Assembly: GCA_951406725.2 (NCBI GenBank)
Contig: OX597817.1
Span: 50,344,001-50,408,000, forward strand
Source of the DNA: Octopus vulgaris
Lineage: Eukaryota
Length of the DNA: 64,000 bases
Direction: 5' to 3'
Part shown: one piece after another, positions 9,928 through 22,976 of the stretch
Position numbering within the stretch: the stretch's first letter is position 1
Layout of the letters: every line of letters starts with the position of its first letter
Program-made: the position numbers and the translations under genes
The notes under the pieces: generated by a model
Told to the model about the DNA's origin: nothing
The model's input: the letters and a program-made list of their open reading frames with translations, nothing else
Database searches by the model: none

Positions 9928-11220
9928 GGGAGCGCAGCACAAGGGCGGGGTCAACACAAGGGTGGGGTCAGCACAAGGGCGAAGGGCAAAAAAAACGAAT
10001 GGAAAAGATGAATTGAATATAATGAAAAAGTGTAATGGAGCCGTTCGGCCCCACCTCCGAATGACTCCACTGAACCTGTTAATACAACCTTTTTTTAAAA
10101 AAAAAACATTAATTTAAACTACCATTGTGGGTGAGAGCCTGGTAGGTGTGGGTTGGGAGTCGTCTTTAACACCTGTGCCCGCTTTCTCCTCTTCCTCTTT
10201 TTTTCCCGACGTTTCCCATCTGGTGTTTAAGCCCTCTTCCTCGGCGTTGGTACTGGTCTATGTCTGTGGTGCTGCTTCGCTCTCCTTCTCGTGCTTTTCC
10301 TCAAAGTCCACGAGCAGTGGAGCACAACCACTTTCTCACTGTTTTGCCTTTCTTTAGTCTTCAGTGATGGTGGAGTACAATTCACTCTAATGTGGCCTCT
10401 CAGGCCACATTTATAGCACCGCGGTATCCTCCCTTCCCGTCTGACTTTCGGCGTCATGTCTGCGAACGTGATTGTCTCCACCATACTTTCAATATCTTCT
10501 GCGTTAATCTGTACTACCATGTCCAGAATTTATCCTTGCCAGTTTCTGTAGGGTGTTCTGGTGGCCTTGCAGGACAACCATCTTTTCTTCCATGCCTAGC
10601 CGTATGGCAGCCACCAGCCAGGCTACATTCTCCTCTGGTGGTATATCTTCTATCTTAACCCTGGACGCTCATCTCCCAAGGTATACGGGTAGAAGCACCA
10701 CTTCTTCGGTTTTTAATGGTGGAGCTGAGTGCAGTCTGGTGGTAGCTATCTCCCGAAACTGCACTTCCACTGTTCCGTACTCTCTTCCCCTCGCAAGGTA
10801 GGATATCTCTTGCCACACCTTTTCAACTTGTGCCACCGACACCACTTCAATTTTTCTTGTTGCTACCACGTTCTCTCTTCCTTACCCTTTAACACTCCTT
10901 TGGGAGGTAGGGTTGACACTTTCACATCGTTGCCCTCCCTTTCGATTATTTCTTTGAACCTGCCCAGCTCTTCCAGACTTCAATTTTTCCCTTTGCCGCT
11001 GCAGCGTAATTCCTCGTTTCTATTGCTGCGTCAGTCTTGTTCAAGCATTTCACAATTTCTTCCTCCGACGACACAAATTCTGAAAAAAAATAGTTCAAAT
11101 CCTCACAACTCATCACACGACGCCTCTCCATTAAACCAGAGGAAAGACGTCGCACCACCAAGTCAGCAAAAAAAAAGTGTGTACCAAACAAAACCAACAA
11201 TCCAACTAACAAACGCTATA
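9928..11220 (-). mobile_element. Non-LTR retrotransposon ORF1 (gag-like, Tx1/L1-type), frameshifted, no ORF2
   Basis: CCHC knuckle PRCYKCGLRGHIRVNC in ORF 10227..10520; collinear broken ORFs 10669..10869 and 10946..11212; higher GC than flanks. Confidence 0.7.
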
Positions 11221-11751
11221 CCGGAAGCAGGCGTCTTACCACACAGCCATGCCTGCCTCTATAGATTGATATTTTCCCCAAATTTCACCGCAGGTTCATC
11301 TGCGTATCATACAAGTCACTAGTACGGAAAAGTTCAACGCTCTCACTGAACTCGCTAACACAGGTATCGCAATGCGATAAGATTAAGTTTTCAGATGGGA
11401 CAAATCTAAAACACGGAGTGGAGTCGATCTTCAAAATATCTTTTCCTGTTTGGCACGAAGAAACCTTTTCAAGGAAAGTAACAAGCATGTGCGTGGTGCG
11501 CATTAATTCGTCCATGCTATGATTTTGGTAGTTCACCTCAGAGATTTCGAAGGATGATTTATAGTAATTTAATATCTAAATGACAGGTATTGGTTTAATA
11601 TCTAAATTAATATATGAGTCTAATGAGGAATGTGCAGGCTATTTGTTATTTCCTCATTAGTATGTCCTTGAATTTGTTGACTTCAGAAACGATACGTTTC
11701 TGCTTAAATTACAAAACAAAATAGATTAATATTGAATTTACATTTATTATA

Positions 11752-11932
11752 TATTTCTCTACTACCCACAAAGGGCTAAACACAGGGGGGACAAACAAGG
11801 ACAGACAAAGGGATTAAGTCGATTACATCGACCCCAGTGCGCAACTGGTACTTAATTTATCGACCCCCAAAAGGATGAAAGGCAAAGTCGACCTCGGCGG
11901 AATTTGAACTCAGAACGTAACGACAGACGAAA
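11752..11932 (-). mobile_element. SINE family 1, 5'-truncated
   Basis: Near-consensus tail and core. Confidence 0.85.
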
Positions 11933-12409
11933 ATTTACATTTATTATACTTAAATTCACGTCTATGTTGAAATGATTACCTGTATTAATACACATAAAGT
12001 AGGTGATGAAATAATTACTCACACATTTCAATACGTACAATTATAGAGGTATACAAATAATTGTGTGCCTATACAATAGACGTTTCTCCAATGCATTTGG
12101 TTAGTAAATTTTCTGAACTATTTCAAGGAGTCATTAATCAAATATTCTCTAACTATATTCTTAGCGCATTAAATTGCGTTTCGTACCTCGTAAATTATAG
12201 TAAATTAAAGTTATACAATGTATGATTATTATGGTTCAAAGAGTTAAACTCTCAGAATGATAAACTGCAGCATAGTTCCCTATGGTCTCTATTACATAAA
12301 TGAAATTTATGCCAGATCGGTTCGCTGCTACACTTCATGGTGTATTTTACAATATAAATATAAAAGAAGTGACTTTGAAATGTTTTCCGATAATGTTTTA
12401 TAGTGCTTA

Positions 12410-12780
12410 TGAAAGAATTAGTAAAAGAAGGACACCGCTGCACAGTACAGGCAGTGGAAACTGGCGCACGAGGATTTGTTGCTGTCTCTCTATGCCAACA
12501 ACCAGGTTAGCTCAATGAAATACTTGTCAGTGACGGTTGAAAAGAGTTCGATGTGGCTATGAGCAAAGAGAAGCTACAGCTGAAACTGAAATAGAATAAT
12601 GCAAGCCGCTAAAGAGGAAAACCTGTGAAATAGATCCACGTTGCAGGTCCTTTCGGTGTTCTCCGTGGCCTAGCGGCATACACCACAGTTCAGAGAAATA
12701 AGATGACCATAAGGTCCTGGGATGAATTCCCACTAAAGGCGGCCTTTCGCAAGCAGCGGGAGGACCCTAAGAGCCACTCT
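12410..12780 (+). mobile_element. RLE-type (HERO/R2-group-like) LINE 3' fragment
   Basis: Translates to GHRCTVQAVETGARGFV, resembling the C-terminal VEVGCRGF motif of restriction-like endonuclease LINEs. Confidence 0.55.
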
Positions 12781-13436
12781 TTTAGAGTGACAGGAACTAA
12801 CGGGGCAAAACCACTTACTGGCAGGAATTCTTCATCTGAGTGTTTCTATTAGTGTCCACTTACCCTGTAGCGAGTTTCCATTTACTTTTCAGTCTACAAA
12901 ACAGTCGGAATACTCACCTTTCACATAAAAGGAAATCAAATTTATTTAGATAATTGATAATCACAAAGAAATTTCTAAAACAATGTATTTTTTTAAAGCA
13001 ACAACAGAGAATTATAACATTTACATGTGAATCTCTTTAATGAATCTTGATAAAACTTTTGTGTTCAAGTCAGTTGTTGAAAACTTCGTCTTTATCAATG
13101 CTAAAAAATCCGATTTTAAAGTAGTAGTAGTAGTAGTAGTAGTTAATATAGCACATGATAGATCAATACTTTGAGAGAGTTGGTCTTTGGTAATTTTGTT
13201 GTGCTATCAATAGTATCACGATAGAAAGGCGTAGAGGAAAATTAAATTTTGGGGAACATCATAGCAGCTTCATTATATTTTCGATTGGACTGTGCTTAGT
13301 GTCGCTTCTCGTAAGGCAACCTGGAAGATATTAAGGCTTTAAACGTCTGGATGTAAACATTGACAATTGCACGCCAATTCTCATACAAATGTACAAGTAC
13401 TACTACAAAGGCATAAGCAGAAATCGTTCGCATACA

Positions 13437-14660
13437 CAGGGGCTGGACAAAATAATGGAAGCACCTTAAAATTTCAAACAAATTTATTTCAATATGGGGC
13501 AGGACAGCCTTTGGCAGTAATTACAGCTTGAATTCTACGAGGTATGGACTCCTACAAAGTTTGAATTGTTTCCAAAGGAATTTTTCTCCATTTTTCAGCA
13601 AAAACAGTCTCCAGTTCTTGTAGTGATGATGGTGGTGGATATCGACTCCTTACATGTTTTTCTAAAATACACCATGAATGTTCAATAATATTGAGATCTG
13701 GGGACTGTTGTGGCCAGATAAGTTCTTCAACTTCACTAGAATGTTCCTCGTGCCATTCAGTAAAACTTTAGCTGTGTGAATTGGTGCATTATCACGCTGA
13801 AAATTGCGTTTTCCCCCGGAAACAGTTCCGCCACCATAGGATGAATTTGATTCAATAAAATGCTTAAACTATCTTGACTATTAATTCTGCCTTGGAGGGA
13901 AACCATTGGACCGGTGGATTTCTGAGATATAGGACCCACGCCCCAGATTATCACAGATCTCCCTCCATGTTTAACAGTTGGAAGAAGGCAGTCTGAATCA
14001 AATGGTTCTTTTGGCTGTCTACACACGTATACTCGGCCGGTGGTCGGGAATAACGTAAAGTATGACTCGACCTAGAAAATGACATTCTTCCACTGCTCTA
14101 GGGACCAATTCTGTAGGTTTTTACTCCACTCTAAACTCTTTACAACGTTTGTTTTTGAATGTGGTGGTTTTTCTGATTGCATCCCTCCCGTGAAATCCGG
14201 TTTTGTGCAGCTCCTAGTGAACAGCTTTTGTGGAAACTGGGTCCTTGAGGTGGTCATTACGTTCTGCAGTAATTTGGAGAGCTGTACTTTTGCGATCCTT
14301 TCTTACAATTTGCGTAAGAATCTGACGGTCCCTATCTGAAAAGCTGACGTAACTTTCGAGACAGTACTTCTTGATACACCAAATATTTGGGCTGTTTTCG
14401 TTATGCTAGCGCCTGCCAAACGAGCACCAACAACTTGACCTCTTTGAAAGTCCGATAGAGCCGTCATTTTAATGAATTTTAATGACCTTTTTCTGATGAT
14501 ACCTGAAAGAAACAGCAATTTTAGTAAAACATAGTAAGCAGCACTAATAACAAATCGAAAAAAAAAACTTTAAAATAAACAAGCTTTTGACAGTTTAACA
14601 GATATTTCAAAATTATGATACTATGATGCTAGGGGTTTCCATTATTTTGTCCAAATCCTA
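13437..14660 (-). mobile_element. Tc1-like transposon, full length, pseudogenised transposase
   Basis: TIRs CAGGGGCTGGACAAAATAATGGAA / TTCCATTATTTTGTCCAAATCCTA; LSDFQRGQVVGARLAG HTH, WKNVIF-DES, TVKHGGRSVIIWG motifs split by frameshifts. Confidence 0.92.
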
Positions 14661-14727
14661 TATATGTGGGTGCGCGCGCGAGCTTGTGTGTTAATGAGAA
14701 TGTGTCAGTAGAATGATCGTGTAACGT

Positions 14728-14925
14728 TGGTTTCAAAATTTTACACAAGGCCAGCAATTTCGAGGGATGGATTTAAGTAACATACATCGACTCCAGTACT
14801 CATCAGGTACTTATTTTATCGGTCCCGATTGGATGAAAAGCAAAGTAGACCTCGGCTGAATTTGAACTCTGAACCTAAATGCAGATGAAAAGCTACTAAG
14901 CATTTTGTCCGGCTTGCTCGCTACC
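14728..14925 (-). mobile_element. SINE family 1, degenerate
   Basis: Homology to family 1 core. Confidence 0.65.
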
Positions 14926-14969
14926 ATAGAATTACTTCAGGTAATTACACCAAAAATTTCAAGTCTTTT

Positions 14970-15358
14970 GCTCTTTTACTTGTTTCATTCATTTGACTGT
15001 AGCCATGCTGGAGCTTGCCTTTAGTCGAGCAAATCAACCCCAGGACTTATTCAATAAAATTCTTATTCTATCGGTCTCTGTTGCCGAACCCCTAAGTTAC
15101 GGGGACGTAAACACACCAGCATCGATGTTGTGGGGACAAATACAGACACACAAACATATACACACACGTACATATATACATATATGCATATATACGACGG
15201 GTTTCTTTCAGTGTCCGTCTACCAGATCCACTCACAGGCTCTGGTCGGCCCGAGGCTATAGTAGAAGCTACTTACCCAAGGTGCCACGCAGTGGAACTGA
15301 ACCCGGAACCATAAGGTTCGTAAGCAAGCTACTTACCACACATCCACTCCTACGCCTA
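14970..15358 (-). mobile_element. SINE family 2, full length
   Basis: Head GGCGTAGGAGTGGATGTGTGGTAAG through tail GAAACAAGTAAAAGAG. Confidence 0.85.
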
Positions 15359-15520
15359 TAAAATTTTGTGAAATTTTTATGGAAGACTTATAAACAGACT
15401 GTATATTGAAGGCGTTTATACAGGCATATCTACGAAACCCTTAAAAAGAGGTTAAAAACCAATCAATTACACTGAGCAACTCTTCTTTATATCCAATCAA
15501 GCCAACAAATTAAAATATTA

Positions 15521-16115
15521 CTAGCGGGACCCGTGAATATTTCACGGAATTAATGTTTAACTTATTGTGTTATTTCTGGGGTTATTTCTGTAAACTTTAT
15601 CCCCCACCACCAAAAAAAAACTGAAAGCGTAGCCTGTGTTGTGTCTGTAACAAAAGATAGTTGCTTATCTGTTAATCATTGAAAAGTGAAGGAAATTAAA
15701 ATACGATGATTACTTAATGCACTTTGTATACATTATGCACAAATAAATAGACTTAATAAACAATACTCTCACTCTTTGCCGTACCCTCTTTTTCTTTCTC
15801 CTTTTTTCTTTCGCTCCTCGTCTTTCCCTTCAACTAATTACGTGAAAGCTTACAGACAGGCTAAGTAAATGAGGCAAAAAAAGCTTTAAAAAACGAATTA
15901 CAAGTTTCATTCACCATCAACTCTCCTTAATCCATATCCCTCGCCCCTCCCATTCCTCCCGCTCTCTTTCAACTAATCACGTGGAGGCGTTAGAGACGGG
16001 CAAAATAACGGAGTAACAAGCAGAATTATTATAAGATTCAAAAATATTGTCTATATAATTTATATGTTTATATAGCATGTCTATATAATTTATAAGATTG
16101 AAAAATATGTCAATA
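15521..16115 (-). mobile_element. Probable non-autonomous Helitron
   Basis: A-CTAG at 15520 adjacent to hairpin CCGTGAATATTTCACGG; internal direct repeat; 5' end uncertain, in a TA run. Confidence 0.45.
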
Positions 16116-16152
16116 TATATATATATATATATGTATATTAAACCCAATGTGA

Positions 16153-16290
16153 AGCCGTGTAGCATAGTGGTTAGGGTGTTGCACTAACGAGTGCAAAATT
16201 AATTATAGTTTCAATTCCAAGGTCGGAAGATGCGTTCTGTTGTTGAGCAAAGCACTTCACTTCACTCAGCTGTAAATGACTAAATCTGCG
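16153..16290 (+). mobile_element. SINE family 3-like tRNA-derived head
   Basis: A box TAGCATAGTGG, B-like GTTTCAATTCC, TTGAGCAAAGCACTT motif. Confidence 0.55.
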
Positions 16291-16895
16291 AAAGATTACC
16301 TACCAATCCAAACCAACGAGAATGTTGAGATCTCGATCACTTATGCGGCGTGCAAACCAGAGAGGACTCGAAAGAAGGACGATGCCGCAGGACTCGAAGC
16401 AGCGATGTTCAGCGGTCGATGATGATGAAGATGGTGTAAACAGCATTATATTGTTTACATGTATCAATTGATTTCCTGTTAGCAGAGAAAGATATGTTCC
16501 TCAACGCAGACGTTTAACCATTTTCCTCTGTGCTTTTTCAGGAAACAATACGAATGGAGATAGAAAAGAAGTCCACAACACATCATTGTAGTTTTCTGAA
16601 TAGAAAATTATATATTAATATATATTGTTTTCTGTAATCTCTATTTTCAGAAATATCTTGTTACATACAAGAAAGACATTCACTAAGTGTAATTTAGTTG
16701 AAACACAGGCATATTTTTATCGATTGAAGTATCAACAAACAGTGTTCAGATACACTGTTTCCGATGTTCGAGTATTATTGTCTTCATCTTAAATCTGATT
16801 ATTGGCCATGTTGTAAACAGAACTTGAAAGAAGAATTTTAGCAACGGAAGAAAATTGAATAGTAACGAAGATATATGTATTATACATATACATAA

Positions 16896-16937
<42 letters not shown>

Positions 16938-16939
<2 letters not shown>

Positions 16940-17490
16940 GCGGAGCAAATAATTCACGAGAAAAATAATTCAAGTAAAAAAATAATTTGTGAAGATATCT
17001 TTGACTCTGTTATTTTCTAATAACAGAATCAATAATATAGGAGATTGCGGCCCCCCCAAACAAGCATTAAATTGCTGAAGGATTAAAATTAATCGAAGGA
17101 CATACGAAGTATGATTACATACTGAAAATAAGAGTCAAAACTCTTATTTAAATCGCCAAAATTATTAAATCGCCAAAATGATTTAAATCGCCAAAATAAC
17201 AGTCAAAACCCTTATTTAAATCGCCAAAATACACTGATAATAACTACACAAATCAACTGCCCGTAGGCAAACGGGCTAAGACAATCTCCCAACATACATT
17301 CAAGAATTAGGGCTGACGTGCAGAAACCGGTACACGCGAGTCCAGGTACAATGTATGCTGAGAGATTGTCTTAGCTAGTTATCCTTCGGACGGTTATTAT
17401 CAGTGTATTTTGGCGACTTGAATAAGAGTTTTCACTGTTATTTCCAGCATAATTAGTATGTCCTTGGAATAATTTTAATCCTTCAACTAT
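16938..17490. mobile_element. TA-embedded inverted-repeat element (family E) with collapsed hammerhead remnant in the loop
   Basis: Inverted arms ~17075-17300 / 17350-17488; loop has CTGACG-TGCA-GAAAC-CG-GTA (17313-17332). Confidence 0.55.
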
Positions 17491-17517
17491 ATCCTATATA
17501 TACATATATATATATTA

Positions 17518-18187
17518 TCTTTTACTTGTTTCAGTTATTAGACTGCGGCAATGCTGGGGTACTGACATGAGGAATATTAGTCGAACACATCACCCTAAGT
17601 ATTTATTTATGTAAAGGCTGGTACTTATTCTATCGGCCTCTTTTGCCGAACAGCTTTGTTACGGGGACGTAAACACACCAGCATCGGTTGTCTAGCGATA
17701 GCGGGGGTGGGTGGAATACAGACACACAAACACACACAAACACACACATACACACATATCGATATAAATTCCTTTTTTATCTATTTCATTTAATTGACTG
17801 TGATCATGGTGGGTCAACCCCTTTTAGTCGAAGACATCGACCAAAGGACTTATTCTTTGTAAACCTGGTACTTATCCTCCGGTTTCTTTTGCCGAACCGC
17901 TACGTTACATGGACGTAAACACAACATCATCGATTGTCAAGCGATGGCGGATATAGAAACACGCACGGACACAAAGACACACACGCATACACACACATGC
18001 ATATACACACACATATATATATATATAGGACGGGCTTCTTTCAGTTTCCATCTAGCAAATGTACTCTCAAGGTTTTGGTCGGCCCGTGGTTATAATAGAA
18101 GACAATTGCCCAATGTGCCACACAGTGAGACTGAACCCGGAACCATATGGTTGGAAAACAAGCTTCTTACCACATAGCCACGCCTGC
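17518..18187 (-). mobile_element. Two tandem SINE family 2 copies
   Basis: Tail module at 17518-17750 and full copy at 17780-18187. Confidence 0.75.
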
Positions 18188-18190
18188 ACG

Positions 18191-18231
<41 letters not shown>

Positions 18232-18232
18232 C

Positions 18233-18272
<40 letters not shown>

Positions 18273-18809
18273 TTAGTTTTGGGATTTGGTTTGCAAGATT
18301 CTTTACATGAGTTCGTGTGTTGAAGCATAATCTGTTGTGTCTTGACTCAAGACTATTGGAAAGTTTGCCAGACAAAACGAAAATTTTAGGATAAAAAAGA
18401 AATAAGTGGAAATTTTACCGGTGAGTGTGTTAGATTATAAGGCACAAAAAGAAAATGACTCTCCCCAGACACGGTATATATATATATATATATATAGTTG
18501 ATAAAAAAAATACATGATATATTTCCTTCAGGAAATGTCTTTGTGTCTTAGAAATTATGTCTCACCAAAACTGTTTACATAAATACATCATGAACCAGTT
18601 GCTGGTATTAAACAGAGAGATAGTGTAACCTGCCACCCAAAACATTTTTGAGCTGCGAAAAAGCAAAACAGAGGACACGAAATGCTCGTGCATTCTACTC
18701 GAGATTAATTTCCTTGGAACAATCAAGTATGTTTTATAGACCGAGATAAAAAATAACAAAGACACAAAGAAAATACACGCTACAATCGGGAACTCAAAGA
18801 CAACATTGA

Positions 18810-18955
18810 TTTCTGTTTCCGTCTCCCAAATCTGCTCACGAGGCTTTGGCCGACCCGATTGTATAGAAGACACCTGCCCAAGGTTCCACGAAGTGGGACT
18901 GAACTCAGAACCATGTGGTTAGGAAGCAAACGTTTTTCCACGCAACCACGCTTTC
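18810..18955 (-). mobile_element. SINE family 2 head
   Basis: GAAGACACCTGCCCAAGG..GGGACTGAACTC..ACCATGTGG. Confidence 0.75.
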
Positions 18956-19074
18956 GCTTATATTTATACACAAACACACACGCACACACACACACACACC
19001 ACATATGTAGATATACATTGTGCGTGTGTGTTTGTGTGAGTCTGTATTGACTTTGTATTTAAGTAAACCAGCAT

Positions 19075-19233
19075 GAGAGTTAGTGCTTTATTAATGCATA
19101 TTAATGCATATTACTGAAAATTTAATCTCTCTTTGTCTCACTCTCTCTCTCTCTTTATATATAAATACATATATATACATATATATACATATATATACAT
19201 ATATATATATATATATGTACATATATATATATG

Positions 19234-19305
<72 letters not shown>

Positions 19306-19410
19306 TATATAGAGAGAGAGCGAGATAGATAGAGTTAGTGCTTTATTGATGCATATTAATGCATATTACTGAAAATTTACTCTCTCTTTCTCTCACTCTC
19401 TCTCTCTCTT

Positions 19411-19458
<48 letters not shown>

Positions 19459-19566
19459 GATAGATAGATACGCATATAAATAGATAGATTAATAGATAGA
19501 TAGATAGATGATAGATAGATACGCATATAAATAGATAGATAGATAGATAGATAAATACGCATATAA

Positions 19567-19644
<78 letters not shown>

Positions 19645-19645
19645 G
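19075..19645. repeat. ~85-bp direct duplication (19075-19160 / 19332-19410) around (TA)n, followed by (GATA)n
   Basis: GAGTTAGTGCTTTATT..ACTGAAAATTTA..CTCACTCTC occurs twice. Confidence 0.8.
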
Positions 19646-20217
19646 CCATCTTTGGAAAACTATATAGAATTTAACGAGAACTTACTCTTTTATCTTCTTA
19701 AATCTGAGCATAATCTCTTGTACAGGAATTATAATCCCGATAAAGCGAAATATTTTGATAATACATTATACAAAATATTAGTATTCGTAACATGTTACCG
19801 AAAATGTACTTATTTTATCCAGTAGAAAATAACAAATTACCGTAAAGAAAGGCCATATGTACTTCGTTGCGTAAATAATTTTGTTGTCTACTATCAATGG
19901 GAATAAATATATTGCATGGTTATTTAAATATAAAAAAGTGCTTTGATATTCGGAGAATCGTAAAACTGCACAACTAAACAGTTGGAGATTGCTGTATTTT
20001 TTATTTTTTAAACTATAACTTTGTATATGCATTATTCATAGACTTCATTATGGAAAACACACATAAATACTGCACATTGACATAAGTCTTTCCAAAGTGA
20101 TGTCTTGACAACCAATGAGGTTACGTGAACTTGCGGCATTTCAGTACAGAAGAAAAGGTGTTCGCCACCAGACGGAAATGTCATGGGTTATAATGAGCAA
20201 ATCTATCTGTAAAAGAA

Positions 20218-20612
20218 CTAGCAGTATAGCCCAGCGTTGCTCGGGTTTGTTTTCTTGTCGACCATTTAGAATTGGAATTTTTGAAAAGTAAAACTTTTGC
20301 ATTATGTAGCTTGTTATTCTTTTTAAGTGAACATTTTCCTGGTTGGAATACACCGAAAAATAGCGACACAGTAGTAAAAGAAATCGTAAAAAATAGGGAT
20401 TTTTATAGAAATAAAGCACCTTTTTGATGTAAATAATTTTTGGTCTTAACATCGTCCGATTTGAATATTTCTTCTACAGAAGGAAGAGCAAGCTTCTTCT
20501 ATCATACTTTCAATTTATGTCAACTTGCGCCGTAGGGTCTCAGAGGAGATAGTGTTAGTTGAAGGCTACCAAACCTGCCATACAGAGACAACTTCAGCTT
20601 TATATATATAGA
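20218..20612 (-). mobile_element. Non-autonomous Helitron (same family as 38916-39407)
   Basis: A|TC 5' end, CCCGAGCAACGCTGGG hairpin, CTAG|T 3' end. Confidence 0.85.
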
Positions 20613-21744
20613 TTGATAATTTGCCTTCTCCTTTGCTTTGCAAGATTCTGGATGTGAACTCGTTTGTTGAAACTGATAGTGTTCTACCTCCGGTGAGTCA
20701 TTACAAGTCAGTAAATATACAGGTACACAGGTTCTGTTTCACTTCTTTATTATTTATTTGCAAATTAATGAATTATTTAACCAATAAACCAAACCGACTC
20801 TTTGATTAATCCTTCGGTTAACCAATCAATTACTATGTTTGTCAAAATACTTTCGTTACTATTCGCAACCTCTGCAATGAGAGACAATGCACATCATCGA
20901 TGAAGTCACGAATGACATCGAAAGGACTTCGATGAACCTAATGGATTAATTGACAAACCGAGTGATTATCACAGAATCGACTAGTTAATTGATTAAATGA
21001 TGAACCAATTGACTAAAGAATAATGAAGAAATATAATGCAACCAGTGCGTGTGTATATTATTGGCATGTTGATCCTCCCGAGATATAACACAATTTCTTT
21101 TTAATATCGAAAATGCGCATTATTGAAAATAATGATGGTCGCATCGATTTCAACTTTTGATTAGGTAGTTGTTTGATTAACTGAACTACACCCCCACCCC
21201 CTTTTAATAGTCGTGTAAGAGGCGGAGTATTCCATATGTTCACAAAAACTTAACGTAATTCTCAAGGACATCACGTGTGACAAAGCTGAAACTTCAAATA
21301 ACGCAAACAATACACATAAAGGGCTTCCGTGCAGTTTCCACACTCAAGATCAACCAGAGACTATGGTAAATACACTGGCCCTAAATGTCATGCTGTAATT
21401 TGGAACCAGCGACCACATGGTTACCAGACTAACTTCTTAACCACCCAGCGATACTCGTAGCCGAAATATTCAAACTATGGTTTAGTGAAATGAGGAAGAG
21501 CTGCGCCCATCGCATTTGCTTAGCATGCGATATTAATGGTAGGAAATGCGAAACAAACATCGACTTGTGGGATGTGCGTTAACCACCATTGCAATCCACA
21601 CAAGTAACGTAGTATTCAGTGACTACGCGTGTTTGTTGACAAATAAGATTCTGGTGGAAGTTTCCTTTGGGGTTTCTCAAGGGACCGGTCCTGTACTGTG
21701 AATAGCGGTTAGCTTCTGCTGGAAAACATTTTCAATATAGAATA

Positions 21745-21976
21745 TCTATTTCTTTACTACCCACAAGGGGCTAAACACAGAGAGGACAAACAAGGACAGA
21801 CAAACGGATTAAGTCGATTATCGACCCCAGTGCGTAACTGGTACTTATTTATTCGACTCCAAAAGGATGAAAGGCAAACTCGACCTCGGCGGAATTTGAA
21901 CTCAGAACGTAACGGCAGACAAAATACGGCTACGCATTTCGACCGGCGTGCTGACGGTTCTGGCAGCTCACCGCCT
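21745..21976 (-). mobile_element. SINE family 1, full length
   Basis: Consensus head, core and tail. Confidence 0.9.
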
Positions 21977-22911
21977 TTCAATATATAATATCTATGTGAT
22001 TAACAGCAGCAATAGTCGATGGAAGATCTTACAGGATGAAGCACATCACGTTATCGAGATTCTCCTCAGACACGGGAAACTTAGAAATTTGTTTGCTTTA
22101 TTTCAACGGACTGGACTGTGCTTAAGGCATCCAAAGGCCAGGTGATGTTGTTCAAATTAATATTAGAGTATTAGACCAAACAAAAGAATTTTCACAATGA
22201 CTAGTGTAAAATGGTACCAACGCGACAGTAGTAGAGTAGTCTATTAGACTAATGTTCCTCGGAATAAACCATTTCTACACTTTTAAAGAAACAGAACACC
22301 TTTGATAATATAGTTTGGTAAAATAATAATGGAAAATGAAATACGGATAGGACATGGCTGGAGCGGTTCCGAATATGTCTGCTTTATCACGGATGACTTC
22401 GAACGAAGCTAATATTACTACCGACCTAATGATGTGAAAGATACAAAGAAATAAAAAGTTTGCGAAAGGCCGTGTATGTGTGTGTAAGAATTAAAAAACT
22501 TCGTGAAGTTACATGCATACATATATACATGCATAAATATATACTCCCATACACACATACTGATACCCCCCCACACACACACACAGGTGCAGGTGTGGCT
22601 GTGTAGTAACAAACTTGGTTCCAAAACACTTGGTCCTCAGTTGAGTCCCACTGTGTGGTAACTTGGCATGTGTCTTCAGGTATAGGCTCAGACCAGCCAG
22701 AGCTCGCTCTGGGCGACATTGGGTCGACTGTACACAGCTACCGGCCCACAGTCGACGCTACGGCGATCAGAGCTCTCCCTCTCTCTATATATATATGTAT
22801 ATATATATATATATATATCCATATATATATATTTCTCCATATATATCCATATATATATATATATATATCCATATATATATATCCATATATATATATATCC
22901 ATATATATATG

Positions 22912-22948
<37 letters not shown>

Positions 22949-22976
22949 ATATATACATGTAATATATATATATGTA

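Noticed and set aside
17146-17230. CRISPR-like short repeats TTAAATCGCCAAAA
   Set aside because: Eukaryotic context, 14-bp unit, irregular or absent spacers and no cas genes; these are local duplications.
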